From the IMG/VR virus record IMGVR_UViG_2721755720_000004: 48,041 bases of DNA; one strand, given 5' to 3'. The DNA comes from a virus. Lineage: Duplodnaviria; Heunggongvirae; Uroviricota; Caudoviricetes. The position numbers were made by a program, and so were the translations under genes. Shown here piece by piece: positions 46,685-48,041 of this stretch (the stretch's first letter is position 1; every line of letters begins with the position of its first letter). Below the pieces are notes generated by a model. It saw nothing but the letters and a program-made list of their open reading frames with translations, was not told the DNA's origin and did not search any database.

Positions 46685-46954
46685 ATGAGCGAACAGTACC
46701 TGATAACGCTCGACGAGTGGAAGCCTAAACGGTTCAGTCTCCCAATAACAAACTCTACCCTGGTGAAATACGGAAAACTGGGATACATCGTTCCAAGGCC
46801 ACAAAAAATCCGTGGGCGTTGGCTGATAGATCGCCGAGCAGTATTTGTGGGTCCTGGTGAAACAGGAATTGCGCCGGAAATTCATACTGACGATGATGAC
46901 GCACTGAAGGAGATTTTAACTCATGTCACCGAGGCCACGAAAAAACAGCACTGA
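46685..46954 (+). CDS. xis: excisionase-like DNA-binding protein
   Basis: Small basic protein directly upstream of and overlapping the integrase gene; GGAG ribosome-binding site 8 nt before ATG at 46685. Confidence 0.55.
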   Translation: MSEQYLITLDEWKPKRFSLPITNSTLVKYGKLGYIVPRPQKIRGRWLIDRRAVFVGPGETGIAPEIHTDDDDALKEILTHVTEATKKQH

Positions 46955-48041
46955 CATAGCATGTCTTTACGAAAAGTTTGATCGCAGAACTGGCAAGGTT
47001 TACTACCAGTATAAAAATCCAGTGACTGGTAAATTTCACGGACTCGGAACAGACAAAGGCAAGGCAGAAAAAATCGCTTCCACGGCTAATCAACGAATAG
47101 CTGCAGCAGAAGCAGAATATTTCATGCGCAAAATTGATGAAAGTCCATCAGCAACAAAACGTCGGGGTATCAGATTAAAAGCATGGGTTGATCGATATCT
47201 GAAAATACAGGACTCACGACTGAAAAATGGAGATATTGCAGCTACAACCCACAAAGAAAAGGCGCGAATGGCTGCATACCTAGTTTCCCGCCTGGGAAAT
47301 CACCCATTGAAAGACCTGGAAGTAAGAGACTTTGCATTAATACTGGATGAATGGCTGGATAAAGACATGGTCAGCACAGCGAGAGTAAATCGCGGATTAT
47401 GGGTTGATATTTATAAAGAAGCACAACATGCAGGGGAAGTTCCTCCTGGATGGAATCCTCCGGAGGCTACCCGTAAACCGATCCCTAAAGTAACCAGAGC
47501 CAGGCTCGCCCTGGAAGACTGGCAAAAAATTTACAACGCAACACCGGAAAAACACTTTATCCGTAACGCAATGCTTCTTGCGATTGTCACTGGTCAGCGC
47601 CGTGATGACATTTGCCACATGCGTTTTTCAGATGTGTGGAACGAACACTTGCATATCACCCAGGGAAAAACCGGAATGCGTCTGGCGTTACCGCTTACAC
47701 TACGCTGTGATGCCATTGGGATAACGTTAAAAGACGTTATTGATGGATGCCGAGACAGAATATTAAGTCCATATCTAATCCATAGTCGGCACCAGAAACA
47801 ACCAAAGCCGATGAGTAAAGACAACCTGAGCGACTACTTTGCCAAAGCGCGGGATCTGGCTGGAATAATTCCACCAGCAGGAAAAACACCGCCCACATTT
47901 CATGAACAACGCTCTCTATCTGAACGGCTGTACCGTGCACAGGGTATCGATACAAAAACCTTACTAGGACATAAAGTCCAGGCAACCACCGATCGCTATA
48001 ACGATACCCGAGGTCAGGAATGGGTTAAGTTGGTTATTTGA
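46923..48041 (+). CDS. int: tyrosine integrase (lambda Int family)
   Basis: 372 aa; catalytic region with R...HxxR...Y context (LAIVTGQRRDDICHMRFSDV...HEQRSLSERLY...LLGHK...TTDRYNDTRGQEW) as in lambda Int; stop at the last base of the window. Confidence 0.9.
   Translation: MSPRPRKNSTDIACLYEKFDRRTGKVYYQYKNPVTGKFHGLGTDKGKAEKIASTANQRIAAAEAEYFMRKIDESPSATKRRGIRLKAWVDRYLKIQDSRLKNGDIAATTHKEKARMAAYLVSRLGNHPLKDLEVRDFALILDEWLDKDMVSTARVNRGLWVDIYKEAQHAGEVPPGWNPPEATRKPIPKVTRARLALEDWQKIYNATPEKHFIRNAMLLAIVTGQRRDDICHMRFSDVWNEHLHITQGKTGMRLALPLTLRCDAIGITLKDVIDGCRDRILSPYLIHSRHQKQPKPMSKDNLSDYFAKARDLAGIIPPAGKTPPTFHEQRSLSERLYRAQGIDTKTLLGHKVQATTDRYNDTRGQEWVKLVI

Noticed and set aside
47900-48041. Attachment site (attL/attR core) next to the integrase
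   Set aside because: The window ends at the integrase stop codon and begins at the tfa stop codon, so no flanking host sequence is available to identify a duplicated core.
1-48041. Insertion sequences or transposases as the source of the cargo insertions
   Set aside because: No transposase-like ORF or long terminal inverted repeats were seen; the cargo insertions are flanked by AT-rich DNA and terminators instead.

Overview
This window is an almost complete lambdoid prophage, shown in reverse orientation relative to the lambda map. All calls are made by eye from the sequence and ORF track; no searches or folding programs were run, so family assignments are recognition-level and start codons are approximate.

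Layout, left to right:
- 1-23,449 (minus strand): a lambda-order tail and head module, from tail-fibre assembly and side tail fibre through J-I-K-L, M-H-GT-G-V-U-Z-FII-FI-E-D-C-B-W-A-Nu1. A porin gene is inserted between L and M.
- 23,633-23,644: a lambda-type cosN (GGGCGGCGACCT on the minus strand).
- 23,844-24,946 (plus): an AT-rich cargo cassette with a cytochrome b561.
- 25,021-26,960 (minus): lysis cassette (Rz/Rz1, SAR-type lysozyme, pinholin), with an opposite-strand ORF inserted between holin and lysozyme.
- 27,708-29,642 (minus): a NanS-p-like sialate O-acetylesterase.
- 29,900-30,935: a protein-free array of four structured repeat units.
- 31,586-34,234 (minus): two tandem tRNA-like genes, an orphan DNA methyltransferase, a pR'/tR'-like promoter-terminator pair and a Q-like zinc-finger protein.
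- 34,231-41,606 (minus): nin-like region (shortened RusA, HNH-motif protein, Hok toxin), DnaC-like and O-like replication genes with iterons, and cII-like and Cro-like genes.
- 41,707-48,041 (plus): repressor with flanking operator palindromes, a large RecE-like protein with a DEDDh exonuclease domain, excisionase and tyrosine integrase.

The most unusual feature is the repeat array at 29,908-30,931. It sits where Stx-type phages carry toxin genes, and its terminal 8-nt stems covary between copies, which points to a family of structured small RNAs. Other points worth a second look are a tRNA-like gene with an 8-nt anticodon loop, the porin inside the tail module, the b561 cassette next to cos, and the RecE-like protein with no adjacent annealase.
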